Shown here: one piece after another, positions 1 to 7,729 of the stretch | How the letters are laid out: the number at the start of each line of letters is the position of its first letter | Numbering within the stretch: the first letter of the stretch is position 1 | Assembly: GCA_026710545.1 (NCBI GenBank) | Contig: JAPOQU010000069.1 | Coordinates: forward strand, 3,791-67,790 | Origin: Gammaproteobacteria bacterium | GTDB taxonomy: Bacteria; Pseudomonadota; Gammaproteobacteria; Eutrophobiales; Eutrophobiaceae | DNA: 64,000 bases | Reading direction: 5' to 3' | Notes under the pieces: generated by a model | Told to the model about the DNA's origin: nothing | Seen by the model: only the letters and a program-made list of their open reading frames with translations | Databases searched by the model: none | Position numbers and translations under genes: made by a program

Positions 1-816
1 CATGGGCTTGCCCATGGTGGAAATATCCGGCGTGACCCCGCCTGACTGGTAGCCCCACATTTTCTTGCCGGTACGGGCAAAACCTGCCTGCACTTCATCG
101 GCAATGTACAGACCACCCGCTGCGCGAACATAACCCACGGCCTGTTCCATGTATCCCGGTGGCACATCCGGCAACCCTTCACCGGAGAAGATGGGACATA
201 TCAGCATGCCGGCTACACCGATGCCCTCTTCCTCGAACTCATCAACGGCCTGTTTTACCTTTCCCGCATAAGCTCCTGCCAGGGCCTCGCCTGAAAGACC
301 GTCAATGGGCCGGTAGCTCTCAGGGAACGGCACTGCCTTCACATTCGGACTCGGCGAGGCCCCGCCATGAAAAGAAGTGCCCAGTTCGTCAACCGCAGTG
401 GTGTTGCCGTGGTAGGCACAGTTGGTGCAGATTATGCCCAGCTTGCCGGTAGCCTGGCGCGCCATGCGCAGGGCGATCTCGTTGGCTTCACTACCCGTGC
501 AGACGATGAAGGCCATGGATAAGGGGTCATCATGCAGGACAGTGAGGCGCTCCGCGTATTCCACGACCAGTTCGTGCAGGTAGCGGTTATGTACGTTCAG
601 CGTCCGGGACTGCCTGTACAGGGCCTCAACCACGTGGGGATGGCAGTGCCCCACGGTGGGCACGTTGTTGTATACGTCCAGGTATTTCCTGCCCGCAGCA
701 TCATAGAGCCAGACGCCTTCGCCTCTGACGATGTGTACCGGTTCCTCATAAAACAGCGGGGCGCCTTTGCCCAGCAGGCGGTAGCGCCGCTCAAGAAGTT
801 GTGAATCAACTGTCAT
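1..816 (-). CDS. class-III (omega-type) PLP aminotransferase; C-terminal end runs off the window
   Basis: Absent from the ORF track because there is no stop in the window. Reverse-strand translation from ATG 816..814 reads MTVDSQLLERRYRLLGKGAPLFYEEPVHIVRGEGVWLYDAAGRKYLDVYNNVPTVGHCHP, later DEVQAGFARTGKKMWG and STMGKPM (PLP-lysine region). I saw no internal stop. Confidence 0.8.
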   Translation of the reverse strand, partial: MTVDSQLLERRYRLLGKGAPLFYEEPVHIVRGEGVWLYDAAGRKYLDVYNNVPTVGHCHPHVVEALYRQSRTLNVHNRYLHELVVEYAERLTVLHDDPLSMAFIVCTGSEANEIALRMARQATGKLGIICTNCAYHGNTTAVDELGTSFHGGASPSPNVKAVPFPESYRPIDGLSGEALAGAYAGKVKQAVDEFEEEGIGVAGMLICPIFSGEGLPDVPPGYMEQAVGYVRAAGGLYIADEVQAGFARTGKKMWGYQSGGVTPDISTMGKPM

Positions 817-838
817 CGTGAATAAACCTCTTTCAGGA

Positions 839-856
839 GGCAGAATTAATTCTGCC
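839..856. repeat. perfect 18-bp palindrome GGCAGAATTAATTCTGCC (variant of the GGGGACAGA-loop-TCTGTCCCC hairpin family)
   Basis: Read directly. The decarboxylase stop codon (846..848) lies in the AATTAATT centre. It sits between two co-oriented minus-strand genes. Confidence 0.7.
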
Positions 857-2321
857 CCCCGTAATCTCTCGTCATTTTCAGTTTTTCCGCTTCCCGTTGC
901 AACACGTCCACAGCCAGGTCGATGGTATTGATGTGGGTGCGGTAAGACAGGATGCAAAGGCGCAGCATGTAAACATTATCGATCAGGGTTGAAGTCAGGA
1001 AAATAGTACCGTCGCGGCGTAAGGCCTCAACCAGTCTCCTGTTGAACTCATCCACATCACCGCCCACGCCGGTATAACGGAACACGAAGATGGACAACTC
1101 AGGCTCCGGACCGACCTCAAAACCGGGTGTTGACTGTAGCCGCTTCCAGGCATATCGGGTCAGCAGCAGCTTCTCGCTCAGCATGGCGCGGAACGGCGCG
1201 ACGCCGATGAGTTTAAGGGGCAGCCACAGGCGCAGGGCGCGGAAGTGGCGGGTCAGTTCCGGGCTCACGTCCGCAGGCGAGACTTCCTGGTCGTGGAACG
1301 CCCTGTCCTGCAGGTAGTCAGCCGTATAATAATGCGACCGGTACAGATGCTCGCCGTCCCTGATCAGGGCCGCACCCAGGCCGAACGGGGTGTGCAGTCC
1401 CTTATGGGGGTTCATGACCACCGAGTCTGACAGTTCTAACCCGCGAAACCTGTGCCTGACCAGGTCGCACAGGATAAAGAAGCCGCCGTAGGCCGCGTCC
1501 ACGTGGAACCATAACCCGTGCTCGCGGGTAACCGCGCCGATCCGGTCAAGCTCGTCCACGTTGCCCAGGTCCGTGGTGCCGGCCGAACTGACCACCAGCC
1601 AGGGTTCAAGTCCCGCTGCCCGGTCGGCGCGAACCATCCCGTCCAGGGTATCCGGGTCCATACGAAAGTCCGCATCGGTGGGCACTTCGCGCATGACACA
1701 GCCGCCCAGGCCGGCGATATGCAGGGACTTGGCCACACAGTGGTGGGTAAACCGGGTGTGATAGACCACGGCCCGGGGGTAATCCTGCGCGTTCAGGCCG
1801 TGGGCTTCACGGGCCGTCACGACACAGGTCAGCGTGGCGATACTGCCCCCCGAGGCCATTACGCCCTTCGCCGTTCCCGGATGGTAACCCACCAGTTCCG
1901 CCATCCAGTCCAGCAACTGGTACTCCATGCGCACCGCGCCGGGAGAGCTGGCAAACTCACCCGCATACTCATCCATCACTGCCGCCATGTAATCCCCCAG
2001 GGCCGAGTAATACATGCTGCACGGGGATATATAGCCGAAAAACTTGCCGGATACGGCACACAGCGCCTGGTCATCCACGTGTTCCTTGTAGATGCGCAGG
2101 ATATCCCCGATATCCATGCCTTCCTCGGTAATGGGAGAATCGTAGAGACCGGCGCCCATATCCTCGGTAAAGTTAAACGCCGGCCGCTCCGGGAGCGTTT
2201 CCAGGAACCGTTCGGTATAGTCGTTGACCGCGCCCAGCAACTCCCGGCGCCGGCCCGCATCCGGCTCAATGATGCCGGCCTGCTCTGCAAACTCGTTAAT
2301 TTGCCGGATCAGTTCTTCCAT
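846..2321 (-). CDS. PLP-dependent group-II amino-acid decarboxylase (aromatic-L-amino-acid/tyrosine decarboxylase-like)
   Basis: 491-aa ORF with HVDAAYGGFF and SVVMNPHKGLHTPFGLG (N-x-HK PLP-lysine motif of group-II decarboxylases). Confidence 0.85.
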   Translation of the reverse strand: MEELIRQINEFAEQAGIIEPDAGRRRELLGAVNDYTERFLETLPERPAFNFTEDMGAGLYDSPITEEGMDIGDILRIYKEHVDDQALCAVSGKFFGYISPCSMYYSALGDYMAAVMDEYAGEFASSPGAVRMEYQLLDWMAELVGYHPGTAKGVMASGGSIATLTCVVTAREAHGLNAQDYPRAVVYHTRFTHHCVAKSLHIAGLGGCVMREVPTDADFRMDPDTLDGMVRADRAAGLEPWLVVSSAGTTDLGNVDELDRIGAVTREHGLWFHVDAAYGGFFILCDLVRHRFRGLELSDSVVMNPHKGLHTPFGLGAALIRDGEHLYRSHYYTADYLQDRAFHDQEVSPADVSPELTRHFRALRLWLPLKLIGVAPFRAMLSEKLLLTRYAWKRLQSTPGFEVGPEPELSIFVFRYTGVGGDVDEFNRRLVEALRRDGTIFLTSTLIDNVYMLRLCILSYRTHINTIDLAVDVLQREAEKLKMTRDYGGQN

Positions 2322-2358
2322 CGTTACCTGGGAACAGAGTAAAAATTTTTATATTTTT

Positions 2359-2496
2359 GGGGTCAGAGCAACGGGTCAGAGCAACGGGTCAGGGCAAAGG
2401 ATCAGAGTACAAACACGTTTGAGTTAGCAGGTGATAGTACTTTTTCATTAAGTATTTTTACTCTGACCCGTTGCTCTGACCCGTTGCTCTGACCCC
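2359..2496. repeat. 138-bp element with ~34-bp terminal inverted repeats built from tandem GGGTCAGAGCAAC 13-mers (GGGGTCAGAG family)
   Basis: Left arm ggggtcagagcaacgggtcagagcaacgggtcag (2359..2392). Its reverse complement is at 2463..2496. The AT-rich centre carries no ORF. The element abuts the AOR stop codon. Confidence 0.85.
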
Positions 2497-2498
2497 AA

Positions 2499-4244
2499 TC
2501 AGGCTGCAGCGCCCTGCTCGAACAGGCTATCCCGCAGGGGTGGTTTGGTCTTGGCCTGGATGCAGACTTCAGGTGGAATATCAAACACAAACGCGTGATC
2601 GGGGCCGATGCCTTCCTCACGCAGGCAGGCAGCCATATCATCGTCAGCCTCGGTAAACCCGGCCCGATCATTGAATTCCCATTCGTCTTCCAGGCACTGC
2701 CAGCCCTGGTCGGCAATCTGCCGGCGCGTCACCTCTTCACCGTAAAACAGGCTGTAACAGCGACGGATTTCATCGAGGTTGGGTTGCATGAACTGGCACA
2801 GGCCGGAGGAATCGCACACCGCGTTGACGATCTGCGCATCCTGGGATGCGCGTACCGCGTCTTCCCCTGCCAGTTCCGGGTCGATGACCAGGCCGGCGGT
2901 ATGGTCCGCGCCCATTGCGCTGGTGGAATAGGTTACGCCTGCCGCTTTCAGCGGGCGCGGGTCCCAGGCAGGCAGCGCCTGCCCCTTGGCTACCGGGATG
3001 CGATCGTGGTTACGGTGCGTACCAATGGACAACGCGCCGTTACCGACCAGCGCACCGATCTCCGTGCCGTTGCCGACGTCGTTGCGCAACAGGCTTTTCG
3101 CCCCTTCCGCATCGCCCCATTCCATGCCGCCGGAATCCATGTACACGGCGATGGCCGCGCCGGTTTCGATGGTGTCCATCCCGAGCTCATCGCAGAGCCG
3201 ATCCAGGTCGGCCACGTCTTCCCAGTTATTGATGGCGCAGCAGGAACCAAGCAGTGTGAGCGTCTCGAACTCGAGCGCGGAAGTCACGTAGTTGCCGGCC
3301 CCGTCATGGATAATGTTGGAACAACGGACGATGCAGCCGGTCATGCAGTTATGCATCCCGCCGCCGCGTTCGGCGAACACTTCGTGGATGCGGGCGCCGT
3401 CCAGCTGGTCCACTTCCGGGTTCCTGCCCTCGGTCCGGTTCTTGTAGGGGAAAGTGTGCAACATGTTGGCCATGGGGACACCGGTGCTGGTGCCGCCCTT
3501 GAATATATTGTGCCGGCCATCGCTCAGGTAGGTCTTGCTGAAGGTCTTGTTATTGGCGGTAAACGCCTTGTTGTCTGCCGGTTTCCTGAGACGCGCCTTG
3601 CCCGGGTCTATCAATACCCATTTCAGACATTTGGCTCCCATTACCGCACCGACCCCGCCGCGTGCGGCATGGCGGGCGGGATGCCGTCCCTTGCTCTTGT
3701 CGGTAGTGGCGACGGAGGCAGTCTTCAGCATCATTTCGCCTGCCGGACCGATACTGATCGCACAGGCATTCTTCGCCCGCCCGGCGAGGAGTTTCTCGCA
3801 GCAGGCATAGTTCCACATCCCCTTGTAATCATCCGCAGCGACCAGTTCCACCCCTGCTTCGGACACCGCCAGCCCCCAGCGCCGTTCCCGGTCTGCCGGT
3901 TGGCCGGTCACGACAATAGCCCGGTAACCCAGCTTCATCAGATCCTGGCCGGGTTCCCCACCGGTGTTGGCTTCCTTGATGCCGCCTGTGAGAGGGCTTT
4001 TGCAACCGACGGACAAACGCCCCGAGGTGGGCGCCGAGGTCCCCGAAAGGATGCCGGGCGCCAGCACCAGGATGTTATCCGGACCCAGGGGGTCACAGGC
4101 CGGATCGCACTCATCCAGCAGGATGCGGGCAGACAGGGCTCGTCCCCCCAGGTATTTCCATTCCGCCGGGTAGTCCTCGATGGCGACGGCAAGATTCGTC
4201 ATGTCGACACGGATCAACCTGTCATTATCCCAAACCCCGTTCAT
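2499..4244 (-). CDS. aldehyde:ferredoxin oxidoreductase family (tungstopterin AOR-type)
   Basis: 581-aa ORF. N-terminus RLIRVDMTNL..YLGGRALSARILLDE..GPDNILVLAPGILSGTSAPTSGRLSVGCKSPLTGG is the typical AOR N-domain. It also has the Cys cluster HNCMTGCIVRC and MGADHTAG. Confidence 0.9.
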   Translation of the reverse strand: MNGVWDNDRLIRVDMTNLAVAIEDYPAEWKYLGGRALSARILLDECDPACDPLGPDNILVLAPGILSGTSAPTSGRLSVGCKSPLTGGIKEANTGGEPGQDLMKLGYRAIVVTGQPADRERRWGLAVSEAGVELVAADDYKGMWNYACCEKLLAGRAKNACAISIGPAGEMMLKTASVATTDKSKGRHPARHAARGGVGAVMGAKCLKWVLIDPGKARLRKPADNKAFTANNKTFSKTYLSDGRHNIFKGGTSTGVPMANMLHTFPYKNRTEGRNPEVDQLDGARIHEVFAERGGGMHNCMTGCIVRCSNIIHDGAGNYVTSALEFETLTLLGSCCAINNWEDVADLDRLCDELGMDTIETGAAIAVYMDSGGMEWGDAEGAKSLLRNDVGNGTEIGALVGNGALSIGTHRNHDRIPVAKGQALPAWDPRPLKAAGVTYSTSAMGADHTAGLVIDPELAGEDAVRASQDAQIVNAVCDSSGLCQFMQPNLDEIRRCYSLFYGEEVTRRQIADQGWQCLEDEWEFNDRAGFTEADDDMAACLREEGIGPDHAFVFDIPPEVCIQAKTKPPLRDSLFEQGAAA

Positions 4245-4340
4245 AGCATTCCCCTCGTCATATAATCGTTTCTCTATTATCTCCGGTCGAAAAGGGATAG
4301 TCCAACTACTTTTCCCATGGCCGGAATCCAGTCAATCGCA

Positions 4341-4463
4341 AATTTGGGACAACCACGAATTTGGAACAACCATGAATTTGGGACAACCATGAATTTGCAA
4401 CATTTGTGAATTCATGGGTGTCCTAAATTTGTATATTTCGTAAATTTATGGTTGTCCCAAATT
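4341..4463. repeat. array of a 17-mer AATTTGGGACAACCATG: 3 good and 1 degenerate direct copies followed by 2 inverted copies
   Basis: Direct units at 4341..4357, 4358..4374, 4375..4391 and 4392..4408 (degenerate). Inverted units at 4409..4429 and 4447..4463. The array lies in the divergent AOR/P450 intergenic region. Confidence 0.8.
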
Positions 4464-4488
4464 GGTTTTAACGCGGTAATATGACAAT

Positions 4489-5712
4489 ATGCCGGACAAA
4501 AAGCGAAACATATCGGTTGTGGATTTCAGCCTCACCAACCTGCCCGAAGATTACTACGAAGACCCGTATCCCTACTATCATGCCCTGAGGGAACAGTCCC
4601 CCGTACACCGCTTCGCCGACGGCAGTTACTTCTTCACCCGCCACGCCGACCTGTTCCGCATCTATCGCGACCCGAAACTGTTCAGCTCGGATAAAACGAG
4701 GATGTTCAAGCCCCTGTTCGGCGACACCTTGTTATATGAGCACCATACGACCAGCCTGGTATTCAACGACCCGCCGCTGCACACCCACGTGCGCAAGGCT
4801 ATCGGCGATGCCCTGTCGCAGAAGACCCTCATTGCCATGGAACCGGGCCTGCGCAGGTTCACCGCGGAATTGCTGGACAGGCTCGAAGACGAGGGAGACT
4901 TCGACGTGATGTCCGATTATGCCTCCCTCATTCCCACAGAGGTGATCGGCAACCTGCTGCGCCTGCCCCGGGCGGACCGCGGGATGTTGCAGCGCTGGGC
5001 CAACGCCATACTCGGCGCGCTGGAATTCGACCTGTCCAGGGAAAAACTGGATTACGGCAACCGTTGTGTGAAGGAGTTCCTGGATTATCTCGCCGATCTC
5101 GTCGATGACCGCCGAAAAAACCTGTCCGACGACCACGACGATATATTGAGCCGGTTGATAAAATGGGAATCCGACGGTTTCGTATTATCCGATAAACAAC
5201 TCTATCACCAGTGTATTTTCATACTGAATGCCGGCCATGAAACAACCACGAACCTCATAGGCCACAGTATCTATTGTTTACTCACCCATCCGGACCAGTT
5301 GCAACTGTTAAAAGACAACCCTGGATTGATCAATTCCGCGATCGAAGAGATACTGAGATATGAGGCGCCGGTACAACTCGGCAACAGGGCAACCACCGAG
5401 ACAGTGCAATTCGATGACGCCAGCATACCGGCCGGGACGACGTTGACCTTCTCCATCGGCGCCGCCAACCGGGATCCCGCAGTTTACCCTGAACCCGACC
5501 GGTTGGACGTAACCCGCTATCCCCGCAACCACCTGGCCTTCGCCGGCGGAATACATACCTGCGCCGGCCTCAACGTGGCGCGACTGGAAGCGCGCATTGC
5601 CGTCCCGGCGCTGCTCAACCGCTTTCCCGCCCTTACCTTGACAGGCAAACCGGTACGGGACAAACGCGCCCGTTTCCGGGGACTGTTGTCACTGCCGCTG
5701 TCCACCCATTAA
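4489..5712 (+). CDS. cytochrome P450
   Basis: 407-aa ORF with I-helix NAGHETTTN, EILRYEAP (ExxR) and the heme loop FAGGIHTCAGLNVARLE (FxxGxxxCxG). Confidence 0.9.
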   Translation: MPDKKRNISVVDFSLTNLPEDYYEDPYPYYHALREQSPVHRFADGSYFFTRHADLFRIYRDPKLFSSDKTRMFKPLFGDTLLYEHHTTSLVFNDPPLHTHVRKAIGDALSQKTLIAMEPGLRRFTAELLDRLEDEGDFDVMSDYASLIPTEVIGNLLRLPRADRGMLQRWANAILGALEFDLSREKLDYGNRCVKEFLDYLADLVDDRRKNLSDDHDDILSRLIKWESDGFVLSDKQLYHQCIFILNAGHETTTNLIGHSIYCLLTHPDQLQLLKDNPGLINSAIEEILRYEAPVQLGNRATTETVQFDDASIPAGTTLTFSIGAANRDPAVYPEPDRLDVTRYPRNHLAFAGGIHTCAGLNVARLEARIAVPALLNRFPALTLTGKPVRDKRARFRGLLSLPLSTH

Positions 5713-5724
5713 TCCGGCACAACC

Positions 5725-5748
5725 GGGGACAGACTTAAGTCTGTCCCC
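5725..5748. terminator. perfect hairpin GGGGACAGAC-TTAA-GTCTGTCCCC between convergent P450 and MarR genes
   Basis: Read directly. The MarR stop codon (5735..5737) lies in the loop. There is no long T-tract, so terminator function is inferred from position only. Confidence 0.55.
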
Positions 5749-6184
5749 TTTCCATGATTAACTTGTCCAGTAATCTCTCAAGCTGAGATTGCTCCTCGGC
5801 AGTCAACACCGTTTTCAATTCCGCTTCGTAACACAGCGCCAACGGGACAATCTGCGCGTAAATGCCGTAGCCTGCCTCTGACAGATTCAGAATCGAGCGG
5901 CGCCGGTCCGTTCCGGAAAATTCCCGGTTGAGCAGGCCCTTGTCCAGCAGTTTTGACACAGCCCTGCTGACCGGCACCTTGTCCATTTCAGTCTCGCCGC
6001 ATACCTCATCGGCAGACAGTCCCGGCTGCTGGCCGAGCACGGCCATCACCCGCCACTCGGGAATGCTCAGGTTGAACTTTTCCGAGTACAGCCGGGCAAA
6101 AGACGCGCTGATGCGGTTCGTAACAATTGACAGACGGTAAGGCAGGAACTCCTTCAGGTTCAGTTCCGGGTTCTGTTTGCTCAC
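5735..6184 (-). CDS. MarR-family transcriptional regulator (paralogue of 37131..37583)
   Basis: 149-aa ORF with FLPYRLS..IPEWRVMAVL..SADEVC..MDKVPVSRAVSKLLDKGLLNRE..DRRRSILNLSEAG (winged-helix MarR pattern). It is 80 nt downstream of hmgA on the same strand. Confidence 0.85.
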   Translation of the reverse strand: MSKQNPELNLKEFLPYRLSIVTNRISASFARLYSEKFNLSIPEWRVMAVLGQQPGLSADEVCGETEMDKVPVSRAVSKLLDKGLLNREFSGTDRRRSILNLSEAGYGIYAQIVPLALCYEAELKTVLTAEEQSQLERLLDKLIMERGQT

Positions 6185-6264
6185 GTTATTTTCCGGATCA
6201 AAATCAAAAAATCAAAGGGGTCAGACTCCATTGATTGTTCCGGCCCGGAAGCGGTATCCGGTAA

Positions 6265-7599
6265 TCAGGATTTGAAATGCTTTTTCAGCTTCTGCCAGCA
6301 TTCGACATAATTCTGCTGCCGCTGCGCCGACTCCAGGGCAAACCGGGTCGGCTGGATCACGTACCGGGACTCGAACATGAAGGCCATGGTGTTCTCCTGC
6401 TTGACAGGCGCCAGCCGGGGGCCGGAAGCGCCGGCAAAGGCCGCATCGTCGGGGCCATGGGCGGACATGCAGTTGTGCAGGCTGGCGCCGCCGGGCATAA
6501 ACCCTTCCGGTTTGGCGTCGTACACGCCGTAGATCAGCCCCATGAACTCACTCATGACGTTGCGGTGATACCAGGGCGGGCGAAATGTATCCTCCCCCAC
6601 CATCCAGCGCGGCGGGAAGATCACGAAGTCCACGCCGGCCGTTCCCGGGGTATCGGAAGGCGCGGTCATGACCGTATAGATGGAGGGGTCCGGGTGATCG
6701 TAACTGACCGTGCCGATCACGTTGAAACGCTCCAGCGGGTATTTGTAAGGCACGGAGTTGCCGGCCCAGGCCACCACGTCCAGGGGTGAATGGCCGATGT
6801 CGCAGGCATAGAGCCTGCCGGCGAACTTGCACACCAGCTCGAACCCGCCCTCCCTGTCCTCGTACGCGGCCACCGGCGCCTTGAAGTCGCGGTCGTTGGC
6901 GAACCCGTCGGAGCCCACCGGCCCGCGTTCCGGCAGGCGGAAATGGGCGCCGTAGTTTTCGCAGACGTAGCCGCGGCTGGGACCGTCGGGCAATGCTACG
7001 GAGAATTTCATCCCCCGGGGAATTAAAACCACCTCCCCGGGTTTTACGTCAAGCCGGCCGCATTCCGTGTGGATATCCAGCCGTCCCTGTTGCGGCACGA
7101 TGAGCAGTTCGCCGTCCGCGTCGTAGAAGTAACGAGCCTCCATGGAGCGGTTCGCCAGGTAATAATGGATGCCGCAGCCGGCCTGCATGGCCGCGTTGCC
7201 GTTGGCGGCAAACGTCACCAGGCCGTCAACGAAATCAGCCGGCGCATCCGGTATCGGGATGGGGTCCCAGCGCATCTGGTTGGGCGGCGTCGGTATATCA
7301 GTGATGGGTCCGTTAAAAATGCGCGACTGCTCCAGGGGACGAAAATCCCCGTGCGTCACCGAAGGCCGGATACGGTAAAACCAGGTGCGCCGGTTCGATT
7401 CCCGCGGCGCGGTGAACGCGGTGCTGCTGAGTTTCTCCGCGTACAACCCGTAAGCCACCTTCTGCGGAGAGAACCTGCCCTGCGGCAAGGCCCCCGCCAG
7501 GGCCTCGGATTCATGCTCGTTGCCGAACCCGCTCAGGTACTCGTATGACTCTGCGGCTGCCGGAACTTCTGTTACCCTTGGGCTGATGACTGTTGCCAT
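6265..7599 (-). CDS. hmgA: homogentisate 1,2-dioxygenase
   Basis: 444-aa ORF with [46 protein letters not shown] and a collinear conserved core. Confidence 0.95.
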   Translation of the reverse strand: MATVISPRVTEVPAAAESYEYLSGFGNEHESEALAGALPQGRFSPQKVAYGLYAEKLSSTAFTAPRESNRRTWFYRIRPSVTHGDFRPLEQSRIFNGPITDIPTPPNQMRWDPIPIPDAPADFVDGLVTFAANGNAAMQAGCGIHYYLANRSMEARYFYDADGELLIVPQQGRLDIHTECGRLDVKPGEVVLIPRGMKFSVALPDGPSRGYVCENYGAHFRLPERGPVGSDGFANDRDFKAPVAAYEDREGGFELVCKFAGRLYACDIGHSPLDVVAWAGNSVPYKYPLERFNVIGTVSYDHPDPSIYTVMTAPSDTPGTAGVDFVIFPPRWMVGEDTFRPPWYHRNVMSEFMGLIYGVYDAKPEGFMPGGASLHNCMSAHGPDDAAFAGASGPRLAPVKQENTMAFMFESRYVIQPTRFALESAQRQQNYVECWQKLKKHFKS

Positions 7600-7690
7600 G
7601 ATGAATCTCCTGTCTGGATTGACGGGGCCGGAGCAAGAAATTCGCAGACATTACTCTGACCCCATAATTCAATTAATTTTCCAGATAAAG

Positions 7691-7716
7691 TATAGTTACA
7701 AATGAAACTAATTGCA
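7691..7716 (+). promoter_or_regulatory. putative -10 box plus operator TATAGTTACAAATGAAACTAATTGCA, 13 nt upstream of the kynU ATG and shared with divergent hmgA
   Basis: 24/26 identical to 9915..9940, with identical 13-nt spacing to the start codon. Related tandem sites occur upstream of hppD (36481..36524). It contains the TAGTT-N8-AACTA half-palindrome. Confidence 0.5.
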
Positions 7717-7729
7717 AACTAACCCGACC

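Noticed and set aside
2359-2496. Tandem 13-mers (and the 17-mer array at 4341..4463) considered as possible CRISPR arrays
   Set aside because: The repeat units are far too short and directly abutting, with no unique spacers. The arms are inverted relative to each other. No cas genes are present.
2595-4265. 556-aa plus-strand ORF, plus many other long ORFs opposite confirmed genes: 1518..2342, 7673..8539, 9867..10697, 11383..12312, 12167..12817, 29992..30723, 37669..38301, 39970..40659, 40667..41308, 41592..42314, 47459..48619, 50461..51207, 52949..53728, 53814..54527, 60744..61355 and 62506..63309
   Set aside because: These are antisense shadow ORFs typical of GC-rich DNA. Their translations are Arg/Gly/Ala/His/Pro-rich with no recognisable motifs. 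The opposite strand carries strongly motif-supported genes across the same span.
4180-4392. 70-aa ORF whose C-terminus (EFGTTMNLGQP) runs through the 17-mer repeats
   Set aside because: It begins antisense to the AOR 5' end and ends in the first three 17-mer units. It is an artefact of the repeat array rather than a gene.
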